Positions 9,723 to 18,947 of a DNA stretch of 64,000 nt are shown here, piece by piece. The stretch's first letter is position 1. Every line of letters starts with the position of its first letter. The notes under the pieces were generated by a model. The model ran no database searches. It was given only the letters and a program-made list of their open reading frames with translations, and was not told the origin of the DNA. The stretch comes from Myxococcales bacterium (lineage in GTDB: Bacteria; Myxococcota_A; Polyangia; Polyangiales; DASUME01). Where the stretch lies: positions 7,392,001 to 7,456,000 of the forward strand of contig JASGJH010000001.1 in the NCBI GenBank assembly GCA_047601445.1, in the 5' to 3' direction. Made by a program: the position numbers and the translations under genes.

Positions 9723-11555
9723 TTGTCTTCCTTGTTCGCGCGCTTCGTTTCCTCTCGCGCTGCTCGCTTGCGGCCTTGGCCCAATCGACTCGGGCAGCTC
9801 CGTGTTTTGGGGCATGCGCTATCGGTCCTGCCCTTCAGCGCGCTGCTGCTGATCGCTGCGAGCCTCGCGGGCTGCATCGGGTCCAAGAGCGAGGCGGCCC
9901 ATCGGCTCGACAGTGGTCCTATCGATATCGGCGAAGATGGTTCGCTGCCACTCTCGGACGCGGGCGAGGACGCCGCCACGGTCGACGCAGCACCGCCGGG
10001 CTCCGATGCCGCACACGACGCCGCTCAGCCGGATGCGGCATTCCCCGATGGCGATGCGGGCGACGACGCAGGAGACGCGGCGGTGCCGCGGTCATGCAAT
10101 CGTCACTTGCCGCATGTGCTGGTGCTCTTCGGGGGGGCGCTCGGCCCGAACGATCCGGGCACCAACAATCTGCTCAATCTCCTGAACGAGCAGCGCCTGT
10201 TCTACTCCTCGCGGCCCATCGACGCCGAGGTCGCTTTCCAGAGCGAGGCGACGGGAAACTTCGGCGCCATCGTGATCACGGACTACGAGGCCTACGTGGA
10301 GCTGGAGTCGGCCCACAAGGAGCGCCTCGATGCCTACGCCCGCGCCTGCGACGTGGGGTTGTACTTCCTGCATGTCCCAGCCGGTACGGCGCTTCAGGGG
10401 GGGGACCTCGTGGCAGGATTCGATTCGGTCCTGAGCAACCCACGCGTGGACGCCGATAGCCCCGTGCTGCGCCTCACCAAGGACGGCGGGGCTCTGAGCG
10501 AGACGCTGCCAGGCAAGGGCCGCCCCTTCGTCGTGACCGCGACGCGAGGCTACGCGACCATCGCCTCCGCCACGGCGGGCCCCATGCGCTCGCCCAACAT
10601 CGTCGCCGACGACGGAACCCGCGACGGGGTGCGCAAGATCTTCCACGGTCAGGACTTCACGCGTTACTGGCTGCACGACCTCCTGTTCCTCGATGGCTTG
10701 CAGTGGCTGGCTCCGGTGGAGCTCGGCATCGTGGACGAGCGCTGGTTCGCGGTGGACATCGACGACATCTTCATGCCCGCCTACGACGAGGACCCCAGCA
10801 AACAAATCGTGAAGCTACAGCGCTCCGACGTCGACGCCTTGATCGCCACCCAGCACGCCATCGCTGCCATCACCGGCATGCGCTTTCGCTTTACGCTCGG
10901 CTTCAACAGCGGTTTCTATGAACGCCAGCTCGCGCCCGCCCCCTTCGACGACGTCGACGGCGATCACGCCCTGGTGGAGCACCGCGACGAATTCCACTGG
11001 TTCGATCACCTGCCGGAGCACGAGAGCCCGACCGGTGAGAGCGAGGAAGACCTGGTCGCGTTGATGCAGGAGTCGAAGACCTGGGCCGAAGCGAGCGGCG
11101 TCATCGACTACATGACCAAGTACGCCGTGTCCCCCCGGCACGACGGCGTGGCCAAGCGCTACAAGCCCCTGTTCGATGCCTGGCGCGAAGTCTGGGACCT
11201 TCGCTACACCTCGGCACCGCTCTCGGGCGCGGGCTTCGCGTTCGACGGCGTGCTGGTCTCTCCGCGCCTCGATCTGCGCATCTGGTCGAGTCAGTACTCC
11301 TTCGATCAGGTGAGCCCCGACGATCTCGACGCGCTGGCGGTGGCAGGCGGGCCCGTGTTCCGCGCCATGCTCACGAACCTCACTTCCGTGTTCATGACCC
11401 ACCAGGGCAACTACGCCCGCGACCGCCTGGCTCCACGAGTTCTGCTGGCGGCGCTCCAGAACCTGCATACCTGGACCAATCTGCGCTTCCTCAACGGCAC
11501 GTCCGACCGCGTGGTGGAGCAGTACTTCATGCTCCAGGCCAAGCCCGTTCACTGA
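9723..11555 (+). CDS. Lipoprotein with heparan-sulfate N-deacetylase (NDST/HSNSD)-like domains and no sulfotransferase domain
   Basis: Lipobox SLAGC; colinear motifs YWLHDLLFLD, VDIDDIF, FHWFDHLPEH, YAVSPRHDGV, FMTHQGNYARDRL, WTNLRF match NDST motifs as recalled. Start codon uncertain. Confidence 0.8.
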   Translation: MSSLFARFVSSRAARLRPWPNRLGQLRVLGHALSVLPFSALLLIAASLAGCIGSKSEAAHRLDSGPIDIGEDGSLPLSDAGEDAATVDAAPPGSDAAHDAAQPDAAFPDGDAGDDAGDAAVPRSCNRHLPHVLVLFGGALGPNDPGTNNLLNLLNEQRLFYSSRPIDAEVAFQSEATGNFGAIVITDYEAYVELESAHKERLDAYARACDVGLYFLHVPAGTALQGGDLVAGFDSVLSNPRVDADSPVLRLTKDGGALSETLPGKGRPFVVTATRGYATIASATAGPMRSPNIVADDGTRDGVRKIFHGQDFTRYWLHDLLFLDGLQWLAPVELGIVDERWFAVDIDDIFMPAYDEDPSKQIVKLQRSDVDALIATQHAIAAITGMRFRFTLGFNSGFYERQLAPAPFDDVDGDHALVEHRDEFHWFDHLPEHESPTGESEEDLVALMQESKTWAEASGVIDYMTKYAVSPRHDGVAKRYKPLFDAWREVWDLRYTSAPLSGAGFAFDGVLVSPRLDLRIWSSQYSFDQVSPDDLDALAVAGGPVFRAMLTNLTSVFMTHQGNYARDRLAPRVLLAALQNLHTWTNLRFLNGTSDRVVEQYFMLQAKPVH

Positions 11556-11690
11556 CGGCTCGCGTCGCGAGCACCCACGATGCGGGCTCGCATCGCGAGC
11601 CGGTGGCACTGAGGGATCGTACGGCACCGCCGGGGCCGCCCCTGCGCGCTCGGCTTGACAACAAGGTATACATCGTGTTTCCCATAGGTC

Positions 11691-12599
11691 ATGGCGATCT
11701 CATCCTTGGCGCACAAGAAGGTCTTCATCACGGGCGCGGCCAGCGGTATCGGGCGGGCCACGGCGCGCGCGGCAGCCCGCGAGGGGGCTCAGCTGTTCCT
11801 CACCGATCGTCACCTCGAGCCGTTGAGTGGGCTGGTGAGCGAGCTGCGGCATTCGGGCGCTCAGGTGGCGGAATTCCGGGCCTTCGACATCGCCGATATC
11901 CAGGCCGTTCGGGACTTCGCGGAGGCCATTCACCAGGTCCACGGCAGCATGGACGTGCTGATGAACGTGGCCGGCATCTCCATCTGGGGCAGCGTGGAGC
12001 ACCTGCAGCATCAGGACTGGAAGAGCCTGGTGGACGTCAACTTGATGGGGCCCATCCATGTGATCGAGTGTTTCGTGCCGGAGATGATCCGGGCCGGGCG
12101 GGGCGGGCACCTGGTGAACGTGTCGTCGGCGGCGGGCCTGTTCGGGTTGCCATGGCACGCGGCCTACAGCGCCAGCAAGTTTGGTCTGCGCGGGGTGTCC
12201 GAGGTGCTCCGCTTCGACCTGCGGCGTCATGGTATCGGTGTCAGCTTGGTCTGTCCGGGTGCCGTCGACACGGGGCTCGTGAGCACGCTCCAGGTGCGCG
12301 GTCTCGACACCCAGGGGCCTGCGTTCCAACGCATGCGCCAGCATTTTCAGCGTCACGCCGTGAGCCCAGAGCAGGCAGCCGAGGCCATCCTGCGTGGCAT
12401 CAAGCGCAACCGCTACATGGTCTACACCTCCTTCGATATCCGGATGGGACACTGGTTTCAGCGCAAGTTCTCGCTGCCCTACGAGCTCTTCATGCACGGC
12501 ATGAACTTCGGCTTCCAGCGCTTCGCGGCGGCCTCGTCGTCCTCGGGCAAGCGCGTGCCCAGTCGTCAGGACTCCATGCCCAGGGAGCAACTGCGATGA
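11691..12599 (+). CDS. SDR family oxidoreductase
   Basis: TGAASGIG NAD-binding motif, NVAG, YSASK catalytic motif. Confidence 0.95.
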   Translation: MAISSLAHKKVFITGAASGIGRATARAAAREGAQLFLTDRHLEPLSGLVSELRHSGAQVAEFRAFDIADIQAVRDFAEAIHQVHGSMDVLMNVAGISIWGSVEHLQHQDWKSLVDVNLMGPIHVIECFVPEMIRAGRGGHLVNVSSAAGLFGLPWHAAYSASKFGLRGVSEVLRFDLRRHGIGVSLVCPGAVDTGLVSTLQVRGLDTQGPAFQRMRQHFQRHAVSPEQAAEAILRGIKRNRYMVYTSFDIRMGHWFQRKFSLPYELFMHGMNFGFQRFAAASSSSGKRVPSRQDSMPREQLR

Positions 12600-13126
12600 G
12601 TCCGCGTCTGCCTCCCGCTGGTCTGGGCGAGCTCGGCGCCGTCAACTGGGTGTTGTGCCGTGTGATCGCCCTGGCCCAGGGCGTGCCGGAGGCGCACCTG
12701 TTCACCACCCTCGGGCGCCAACGTGGGTTGTTCCGTTCGTGGCTGCTGTACTCGGCGCGGCTCATGCCGGGCGGCAGCCTCTCGCGCAAGGAAACCGAGC
12801 TGGTGATCCTGCGCATCGCCCACCTGCGCGACTGCCAGTACGAACGCGATCATCACGTGAAGCTCGGCCGCCGGGTCGGCATCACCGCTGCCTTGCTGCA
12901 AGCCATCGAGGTGGGTCCAAGCAGCGAGGAACTCAACGAGCGTCAGCGCGCGATCCTCGCCGCGGTGGACGACCTGGTGCGCACCAAGAACATCTCGGAC
13001 GCAAACTGGCGCAGCTTGCGCCAACACCTGCAGAGCCCCCAAATCGTGGAATTGTGCCTGTTGGTAGGGCAGTACGAGACGCTCGCCACCACCATCGCCA
13101 CCCTGGGCATCCAGCGGGATTTTTGA
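12596..13126 (+). CDS. Carboxymuconolactone decarboxylase/AhpD-like protein
   Basis: ATGA overlap; LSRKETELVILRIAHLRDCQYERDHH. Confidence 0.88.
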   Translation: MSPRLPPAGLGELGAVNWVLCRVIALAQGVPEAHLFTTLGRQRGLFRSWLLYSARLMPGGSLSRKETELVILRIAHLRDCQYERDHHVKLGRRVGITAALLQAIEVGPSSEELNERQRAILAAVDDLVRTKNISDANWRSLRQHLQSPQIVELCLLVGQYETLATTIATLGIQRDF

Positions 13127-13129
13127 GTC

Positions 13130-13801
13130 ATGCCCGCCGCGACGCGTGAGCCACGCGCGCCGACCAAGCGAGCTTCGACGTCGCCGCAGCCCAAGAAGAA
13201 GGCGGCGCGTCGGCGCAACGCGACCGGCGTGCAACTCGGTGAGGACGAGGTGCGCTCGCGCATCCTGCAGGCAGGCGCCATGGTCTTCGCGCAGAGCGGC
13301 GTGCGGGCGGCCTCGGTGGAGGACATCCTGTTGGTCTCGGGCATCTCGCGCCGCACCTTCTATCGCTTCTACGAGGGCAAGGAAGACGTGATGCTCGCCC
13401 TCTACAACCTGGGTACCGAGGGGTTGCTAGGAGCATGCCGGTTCGCGGTGGCCAGCACCCACGACCCGCTGCTGCGCTTCGAGCGCTGCATCGACGCGCA
13501 CCTCCAGAATGCACGCGGGCTTGCACGACTGATCTTCGTGCTCGGAGGTGAAGCACAGCATCATGAGTCCCCACTGTACGTGCGCCGTCGCGAGGTCCAC
13601 GACCAGCTCGTGCAGCTGCTCGCACACGCTCCCGGGATGCCGGCCCTCGATGAGCTCATGGTACGCGCGATGATCCTGGCCCTCGAGGGGGTGGTCCGCT
13701 TCATGCTCGAGCAAGGGGACGAGGGACGCTCCGTGTCCTCCTCCGAGCTGGCGCGCGCCAAGAAAATGCTGCTGCAACTGTGCAGCGGCGCACTCGCGTG
13801 A
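13130..13801 (+). CDS. TetR/AcrR regulator
   Basis: HTH ASVEDILLVSGISRRTFYRFYEGKED. Confidence 0.92.
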   Translation: MPAATREPRAPTKRASTSPQPKKKAARRRNATGVQLGEDEVRSRILQAGAMVFAQSGVRAASVEDILLVSGISRRTFYRFYEGKEDVMLALYNLGTEGLLGACRFAVASTHDPLLRFERCIDAHLQNARGLARLIFVLGGEAQHHESPLYVRRREVHDQLVQLLAHAPGMPALDELMVRAMILALEGVVRFMLEQGDEGRSVSSSELARAKKMLLQLCSGALA

Positions 13802-13880
13802 GCTGGCGGCAAGAAACACCTACGCCGACGGTGTCGAAGCCAGGCAACATCCGACGCTGCCGTTCCGGCTTCGAGGTTCC

Positions 13881-14525
13881 ATGTACCGAAAGCTCTTCGC
13901 TTCGTTCGCCCTGGCTTCGCTCTCCCTGGCTTGCAACTCCGAGGCGCCACGCCCACCCAAGCCAGGTGAGGTCTGCTTCGGGCTGCAGTCCGCTCCCAAC
14001 AACGACGCTTGCGAGCCTCAAAGATGCCTGCAGGAGAAGTACGAGCTCGACGTGAACGACCACGCGGCCACGCTCTCGTGCAACCTGTCTGGCCCCACCT
14101 GTGATCTGCCGCCCAATGGAACGGACACGACCTACTTCGACTTCTTCAAGGATGACTACGAGGTCATCCTTGGCTTCGACAACCGAATCCTCGACGGCTA
14201 CTCGCTGGCGGCCTTCAAGCAATACCTCAAGGACGCCGAAATCGAGTTCAACGTGCGAACCTCCGCGCCGCTCTACGCAACGCTCGCGCAGGGGACCACC
14301 GTCGAGTTCCTCTCTTACGACGCGCCCATCCTTCACGTGCGTGTCAAGGGCGGCGCAACCACGACCAACCTCACGACGACCTCGGATCCCTATCCCTGCA
14401 TCACGTTCCAGGGCCCCAAGTTCTGCACGAGCCAACTGTGCACCTACGAAGCGACCCAGGAGGGCGGCGGGCCCGCGCAGCTGATCGCGGATCTCGAGCT
14501 CGCGGTGCAGCAGCCCACGCCGTGA
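13881..14525 (+). CDS. Hypothetical lipoprotein
   Basis: GAGG RBS; lipobox LSLAC; several paired Cys. Confidence 0.75.
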   Translation: MYRKLFASFALASLSLACNSEAPRPPKPGEVCFGLQSAPNNDACEPQRCLQEKYELDVNDHAATLSCNLSGPTCDLPPNGTDTTYFDFFKDDYEVILGFDNRILDGYSLAAFKQYLKDAEIEFNVRTSAPLYATLAQGTTVEFLSYDAPILHVRVKGGATTTNLTTTSDPYPCITFQGPKFCTSQLCTYEATQEGGGPAQLIADLELAVQQPTP

Positions 14526-14592
14526 GGACGCGGGCCCGGACACGCGCTCCTGGCGTGGGCTGGCACGGGAGCAGGCTACTGCCAGCAGCTTG

Positions 14593-15147
14593 CTAGCGGT
14601 ACTCGTACACCGAGCGAACCCCGTCGACGAAGCCCTGCACGATGGTCTCCAGGCGCGGACCGACCTCTGGGTTGAGCTCGGCTCCGTCGTCTTCCGTGAG
14701 CGTGATCCACTGGTCGAGCAAGAAGAGGCCGCTCACTACCTGACGCGGCTCCAGCGACTGCAGCACGGGTCGGAGTCCGTAGTCGAGCGCCAGCACGTGG
14801 GCGAGCGTGCCGCCGGTCAACAACGGCAGCACGACCTTGCCCTGCAGGCCCCGCTGGGGAAGGAGGTCGAGGAAGCTCTTGAGTACGCCGGAGTAGGCTG
14901 CCTTGTACACAGGGCTGGCCACGATGACGCCGTCTGCTTGCTCGATGGTACGGAGGGCAGAGGCGACCTCGGGTGCGCTGGCATCAGCGTGGATCAGCGC
15001 CTGCGCGGGAAGATCGCGGACCTTGATGATGCGAACGCGAAAGGCATGTCGCGATAGCCGATCCGCGACGTGCTGGGCGAGGGCGGCCGTACGTGAGCGA
15101 GCGCTGGGGCTACCGACCACGAGAGCGATACTGAATGGGTCTGTCAC
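14593..15147 (-). CDS. ssuE: NADPH-dependent FMN reductase
   Basis: GSPSARSRT, ASPVYKAAYSGVLKSFLDLLPQ, TGGTLAHVLALDYGLRPVL; GTG start after GGAG. Confidence 0.92.
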   Translation of the reverse strand: MTDPFSIALVVGSPSARSRTAALAQHVADRLSRHAFRVRIIKVRDLPAQALIHADASAPEVASALRTIEQADGVIVASPVYKAAYSGVLKSFLDLLPQRGLQGKVVLPLLTGGTLAHVLALDYGLRPVLQSLEPRQVVSGLFLLDQWITLTEDDGAELNPEVGPRLETIVQGFVDGVRSVYEYR

Positions 15148-15214
15148 TTTGTGTTCTCCCTGAAGGGTTGCGTGAGCGGCAACGATGTCGTTCGCGTGCG
15201 CTGGCAGGTGGACG

Positions 15215-16336
15215 TCAGCCGTCCCAATCGCTGTGCTGCAGAGGCAGGCTCTCTTCGACGAGGCTGCCCGCCGCGCCGCCCGAGCTGGACCGGCTCGGAA
15301 GTTCACCCGCGTCGATCAGGCGCGCACGCAGAATGTTGCGGCTGATACCCAGCAGGCGAGCGGTCTGGACCTGATTGCGATGGCAGTAGGCGTAGGCTTC
15401 GCGGACCACCACGCGCTCGATCTCCTGGTGCAGGTCTGCCACATTCTGCTCGAAGAGCTGCCGTAGGGCGGAAGACAGCGCCGAAAAGCGCAGGTTCGGC
15501 TTGCCGGTGCTGGCCGAGCTCTCTTTGCCTGCTTCACGGACTGCGAGGCGCAGGTCGGCGACTTCGACCTCGTCGCCATGGAATACCAGGAGCGCGCGGT
15601 GGATCACATTGTCGAGCTCGCGAATGTTGCCTTGCCATGGGTGCGAGAGCAGAGCGCGCTCGGCCTCCCGCGAGAGTGCGCCGCGCGTGAGCCCGAGCCG
15701 TTGGCGATAAAAATCAACGAAGTAGCGCGCAAGTGGCAGGATGTCTCCGGGGCGCTCGCGCAGGGGCGGTAGCGCGATTCTGGCTACGTTGAGGCGATAG
15801 AAGAGGTCTTCCCGGAAGCGCCCTGCGCTCACGGCGTCGCTGAGGTCAACGTTGGTGGCGGCGATCAAGCGCACGTCCACGGGCAGGGCCGTCCGTGAGC
15901 CGACTCGGACGACCTCCCGTTCTTGCAGGACCCGCAGCAGCTTGACCTGAACCGGCGCCGGCAAGTCCCCGATCTCGTCGAGGAAGAGCGTGCCGCCATT
16001 GGCTGCCTCGAACCAGCCCGGTCGCGTCGCGTTGGCTCCCGTGAAGGCACCACGCTCGTGGCCGAAGAGCTCGCTCTCGACCAGGGTCTCGGAAAGGGCG
16101 CCGCAGTTCACCGGAACGAACGGACCCGTCTTGCGCGCGCTGAGCTCATGGAGGTGGCGCGCCACGATCTCCTTACCGGTGCCGGTTTCCCCAGTGACTA
16201 AGACGGTGGCCTCACTCGGGCCGATGCGTTCGATGAGCCTGAGCAACTCCTGTGAGTTGGGGTCTTCGAATACCAGCGCCTTGGCCCGAGAGGTAGGTAG
16301 GGCAGTGTCCAGGGTCGGCAGGCGCAGCACGGTCAT
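15215..16336 (-). CDS. Sigma54-dependent activator without a receiver/sensor domain (SfnR-like)
   Basis: [11 protein letters not shown]-terminus, [23 protein letters not shown]-terminal [17 protein letters not shown]. Confidence 0.92.
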   Translation of the reverse strand: MTVLRLPTLDTALPTSRAKALVFEDPNSQELLRLIERIGPSEATVLVTGETGTGKEIVARHLHELSARKTGPFVPVNCGALSETLVESELFGHERGAFTGANATRPGWFEAANGGTLFLDEIGDLPAPVQVKLLRVLQEREVVRVGSRTALPVDVRLIAATNVDLSDAVSAGRFREDLFYRLNVARIALPPLRERPGDILPLARYFVDFYRQRLGLTRGALSREAERALLSHPWQGNIRELDNVIHRALLVFHGDEVEVADLRLAVREAGKESSASTGKPNLRFSALSSALRQLFEQNVADLHQEIERVVVREAYAYCHRNQVQTARLLGISRNILRARLIDAGELPSRSSSGGAAGSLVEESLPLQHSDWDG

Positions 16337-16352
16337 GGCGAGCACGCGGACG

Positions 16353-16368
16353 AGCAAGATGCAGGCCA
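16353..16368 (-). promoter_or_regulatory. Sigma54 -24/-12 promoter for the activator-ssuE operon
   Basis: Minus strand reads TGGCCTGCATCTTGCT (GG-N10-GC); implied leader is only about 6 nt. Confidence 0.6.
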
Positions 16369-16644
16369 CGTGACGCATCGATCCTGTGGGGCGACCACGT
16401 CCGTTTCTATAGAGGAAGTTTTGGCGTCGAAGACACGACCCTCGTCTTTCTTGCGCGAGCCCGGACGCGTTCAACGGGGGCTCACGGGACGGCTTGCAGG
16501 AGCCTGCTCGCAGCCTGCCCGCGGTACTTCACGGACACCGGTCACGGGCACGGCGCGGCGACGCACTATCGCGGCTCGGCACGCGGCAGGTCGGCTTCCC
16601 CGAGCCCGCGCAACCTGTCCCGGCGCAAGGTGCGCGCGTACTCG

Positions 16645-16660
16645 TGGCAAGCATCTTGCT
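16645..16660 (+). promoter_or_regulatory. Sigma54 -24/-12 promoter for the XRE-cupin gene
   Basis: TGGCAAGCATCTTGCT (GG-N10-GC), 31 nt before ATG 16692. Confidence 0.72.
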
Positions 16661-16691
16661 TTGGGGGCGTGGGCAACAAGAGAGGATCCGC

Positions 16692-17303
16692 ATGAGTGGA
16701 CGAACCCAACCAAGCCGCGTCAAGACCGCCTCGCGCACCGGGCGCGACGCATCGCCTGCCGTGGCCTTCAACGTCCGGCGCCTGCGCATGCGCAAAGGCT
16801 ATACCCTCGACACCTTGGCCCGCGCTTGCAACGTAGAGCCGGAGCTGCTCGAGCAGGTCGAGCGCGGCAAGGAGGCTGCAACGATCACGCTGCTATGGAG
16901 CCTCTCAGCTGCGCTCGGAGTGCCCTTTGGTGCGCTCGTTTCGCAGCCCGGGACCCGGCATAGCGAGTCCGACCTGGTGTCGTCTGAGGCGAGCCCACGC
17001 TCTTCGGGGCTCGTGTGCAGGCCGGTGCTGCCGTCCGCGCAAGGGCCGCGCCGCACCGAGGTCTATCAGTTGACGCTCGCCGCCCATGCCTCCCGCGTCG
17101 CGCCACCTCGACCCGTCGGCGCGGTGGACAACCTACTCGTCACCTCGGGCACCGTGGTGATCGGGTTCGGGAAGGTTCGCCACCTTCTCAAGACGGGAGA
17201 CTCGCTCGACTTTCGGAGCGACGTGCAGCGCACCTACAGCAACCCGAGCGACCGCGAGACGACCATGTACGTGGTCATCACCTACGCCCAGAGCTTGGGC
17301 TGA
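16692..17303 (+). CDS. XRE HTH plus cupin regulator (SutR/YdcN-like)
   Basis: NVRRLRMRKGYTLDTLA..QVERG..ITLLWSLSAAL; cupin LKTGDSLDFRSDVQRTYSN. Confidence 0.88.
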   Translation: MSGRTQPSRVKTASRTGRDASPAVAFNVRRLRMRKGYTLDTLARACNVEPELLEQVERGKEAATITLLWSLSAALGVPFGALVSQPGTRHSESDLVSSEASPRSSGLVCRPVLPSAQGPRRTEVYQLTLAAHASRVAPPRPVGAVDNLLVTSGTVVIGFGKVRHLLKTGDSLDFRSDVQRTYSNPSDRETTMYVVITYAQSLG

Positions 17304-17395
17304 TCATGCACCTGGCCGGACCGAACCCCATCGCGTGTCGCCCCGGGTGTTGCTCTGGCAACGCCGCTGTTGGCGGGGTGTTGATGGCCGGTCAC

Positions 17396-18052
17396 CTAGA
17401 CTCGCTCGTAGCTGATCACGTTGAGAAAGCGGGCCTCGTGCGAGCTGCGGTTCTCGTAGCTATGCGGAACGTCGGAAGCAAAGTAGAGGGTGTCGCCCGC
17501 GAGCAGCTCGTACTCGGAGGCGTCGACCAGGATGCGTAGCGTGCCCTTCAACACGACCACGGTCTCGGTGGTGCCTTTGCCATGGGGGTCACTCTTGTGG
17601 ACGGCCTTGGGTGCCAGTCTGAGCTCGTACAGCTCGACGCCCGGCGCGGCGCCCCCCGGTGAGAGGAGTCGACTCTCCATCCGACCGTCCGCGCTGCGCA
17701 ACGCCACGGCGTCGTTCGAGCGCAAAAGCTTGGCGTTGGTCTCCTCGGGCATTTCCAGCAGTTCCTGGAACGGCACCTCGAGCCCCGCCGCGATCTTCCA
17801 GAGCACGCTCAGGGTCGGGTTCGTGCGCGCGCCTTCGATCTGCGAGAGGGCCGCGCGACTGACACCGCTCTTGATGGCCAGCTGGTCGAGCGAGAGATTG
17901 CGCGCCTTGCGCATGCGCTTGAGGGCCTCGGAGACCCGCCGGTTCATTTCGGCTGCGCCGAGGTCGTCGCCGCTCGTTTCTCCCACGGTGGGACGCAGCA
18001 TCGCTCGCGTGGGGTCCTTCTGTGCCGCCTTTTGCTTCTTCTTGCCCGCCAT
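17396..18052 (-). CDS. XRE HTH plus cupin regulator (SutR/YdcN-like)
   Basis: LSLDQLAIKSGVSRAALSQIEGARTNPTLSVLWKIA; cupin HKSDPHGKGTTE..DVPHSYEN. Confidence 0.93.
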   Translation of the reverse strand: MAGKKKQKAAQKDPTRAMLRPTVGETSGDDLGAAEMNRRVSEALKRMRKARNLSLDQLAIKSGVSRAALSQIEGARTNPTLSVLWKIAAGLEVPFQELLEMPEETNAKLLRSNDAVALRSADGRMESRLLSPGGAAPGVELYELRLAPKAVHKSDPHGKGTTETVVVLKGTLRILVDASEYELLAGDTLYFASDVPHSYENRSSHEARFLNVISYERV

Positions 18053-18216
18053 ATTGCCTTCAGGTGCCTCTCGCGGCGCGGCGCCTCGGCCAGCCGGAGA
18101 TAAACGCGCGGCGAGTATACATGGCGGGAACCAGCCGGGGGAGAGACGCGGGCCCGAAAGAAGGACGCCGGCCGAGTCCCCTGCGCCGGCCCGCCTGGGC
18201 GTGATTGCAGACGTGT

Positions 18217-18232
18217 GTCTTTTGAGATAGAC
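18217..18232. promoter_or_regulatory. Island operator GTCTTTTGAGATAGAC
   Basis: GTCY-N8-RGAC between the divergent XRE-cupin gene and aldolase-like operon; TTGACA on the minus strand at 18239-18244. Confidence 0.75.
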
Positions 18233-18237
18233 GACGA

Positions 18238-18933
18238 TTGTCAAGGAAGCAGGAAATGGAAGCGGATCTGAAGCAGCGCCTCGGGGCAGACACGGCTGCG
18301 TTCGTGGCGCAGGTCACCGAACAGGCGTCGCTCTCGTTCAGGGATTTTCGTGATTCCGGCACCATCAGCGTGAACGGCAGCGCGACGTTCATGGAGCGTC
18401 TGCCAGGTCGACCGGAGCTCGTGGTGGTCAGCTACGCCGGCCCCTTCGGCCGCGAGATCTCGGCCCGACCACGCATCATTGCCCTGGACGACGCCGTGTC
18501 CACCGGGGAGCGCGGCCAGCGGCGAGTCGGCCCCTACGGAAAGCTGCTGAGGCGCAGGCCAGACATCACCACTCTGGCGCTGGTGCGCTCGCCGTTCCTG
18601 GGAGCCTGGTCGCAAGCCTTTAGAGCCCTGCCGCTGGGGTCCTCTGGGACGGTGCGGGAGATCCCTGTCCAGCTCGACGAACGCAAGAGCGAACAGGATT
18701 TCATCCTGCAGCTGCTCGAGCTGACCCCTCGCATGCCCGCGGTCTTGAACGCCCGCTGTGGCGCCACCGTGTGGAGTTCACAGGGGCTGCGCGAGGCGGC
18801 CAAGCTCATCTTGAGCCTCGAGGAATGCGCGCGGGTAGCGCTGCTGAGTGAGTCGCTGCGCGGCTCGCGCGGCGACGCGGGCGCCTCGGCACCTGAGTAC
18901 GCGGTGTCGCGGGCGGCTCCGACTACGACCTGA
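18238..18933 (+). CDS. Class II aldolase/adducin-like protein, metal ligands apparently lost
   Basis: RPDITTLALVRSPFLGAWSQA and GATVWS..AAKLILSLEECA resemble the fold, but there is no HxH. Start may be ATG 18256. Confidence 0.65.
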   Translation: MSRKQEMEADLKQRLGADTAAFVAQVTEQASLSFRDFRDSGTISVNGSATFMERLPGRPELVVVSYAGPFGREISARPRIIALDDAVSTGERGQRRVGPYGKLLRRRPDITTLALVRSPFLGAWSQAFRALPLGSSGTVREIPVQLDERKSEQDFILQLLELTPRMPAVLNARCGATVWSSQGLREAAKLILSLEECARVALLSESLRGSRGDAGASAPEYAVSRAAPTTT

Positions 18934-18947
18934 AGCAGGAGAAATCC

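Noticed and set aside
9723..14593. Functional link between the NDST-like gene and the sulfur island through sulfated glycans
   Set aside because: No sulfatase, sulfotransferase or lyase in the window, and no operator upstream; proximity alone is insufficient.
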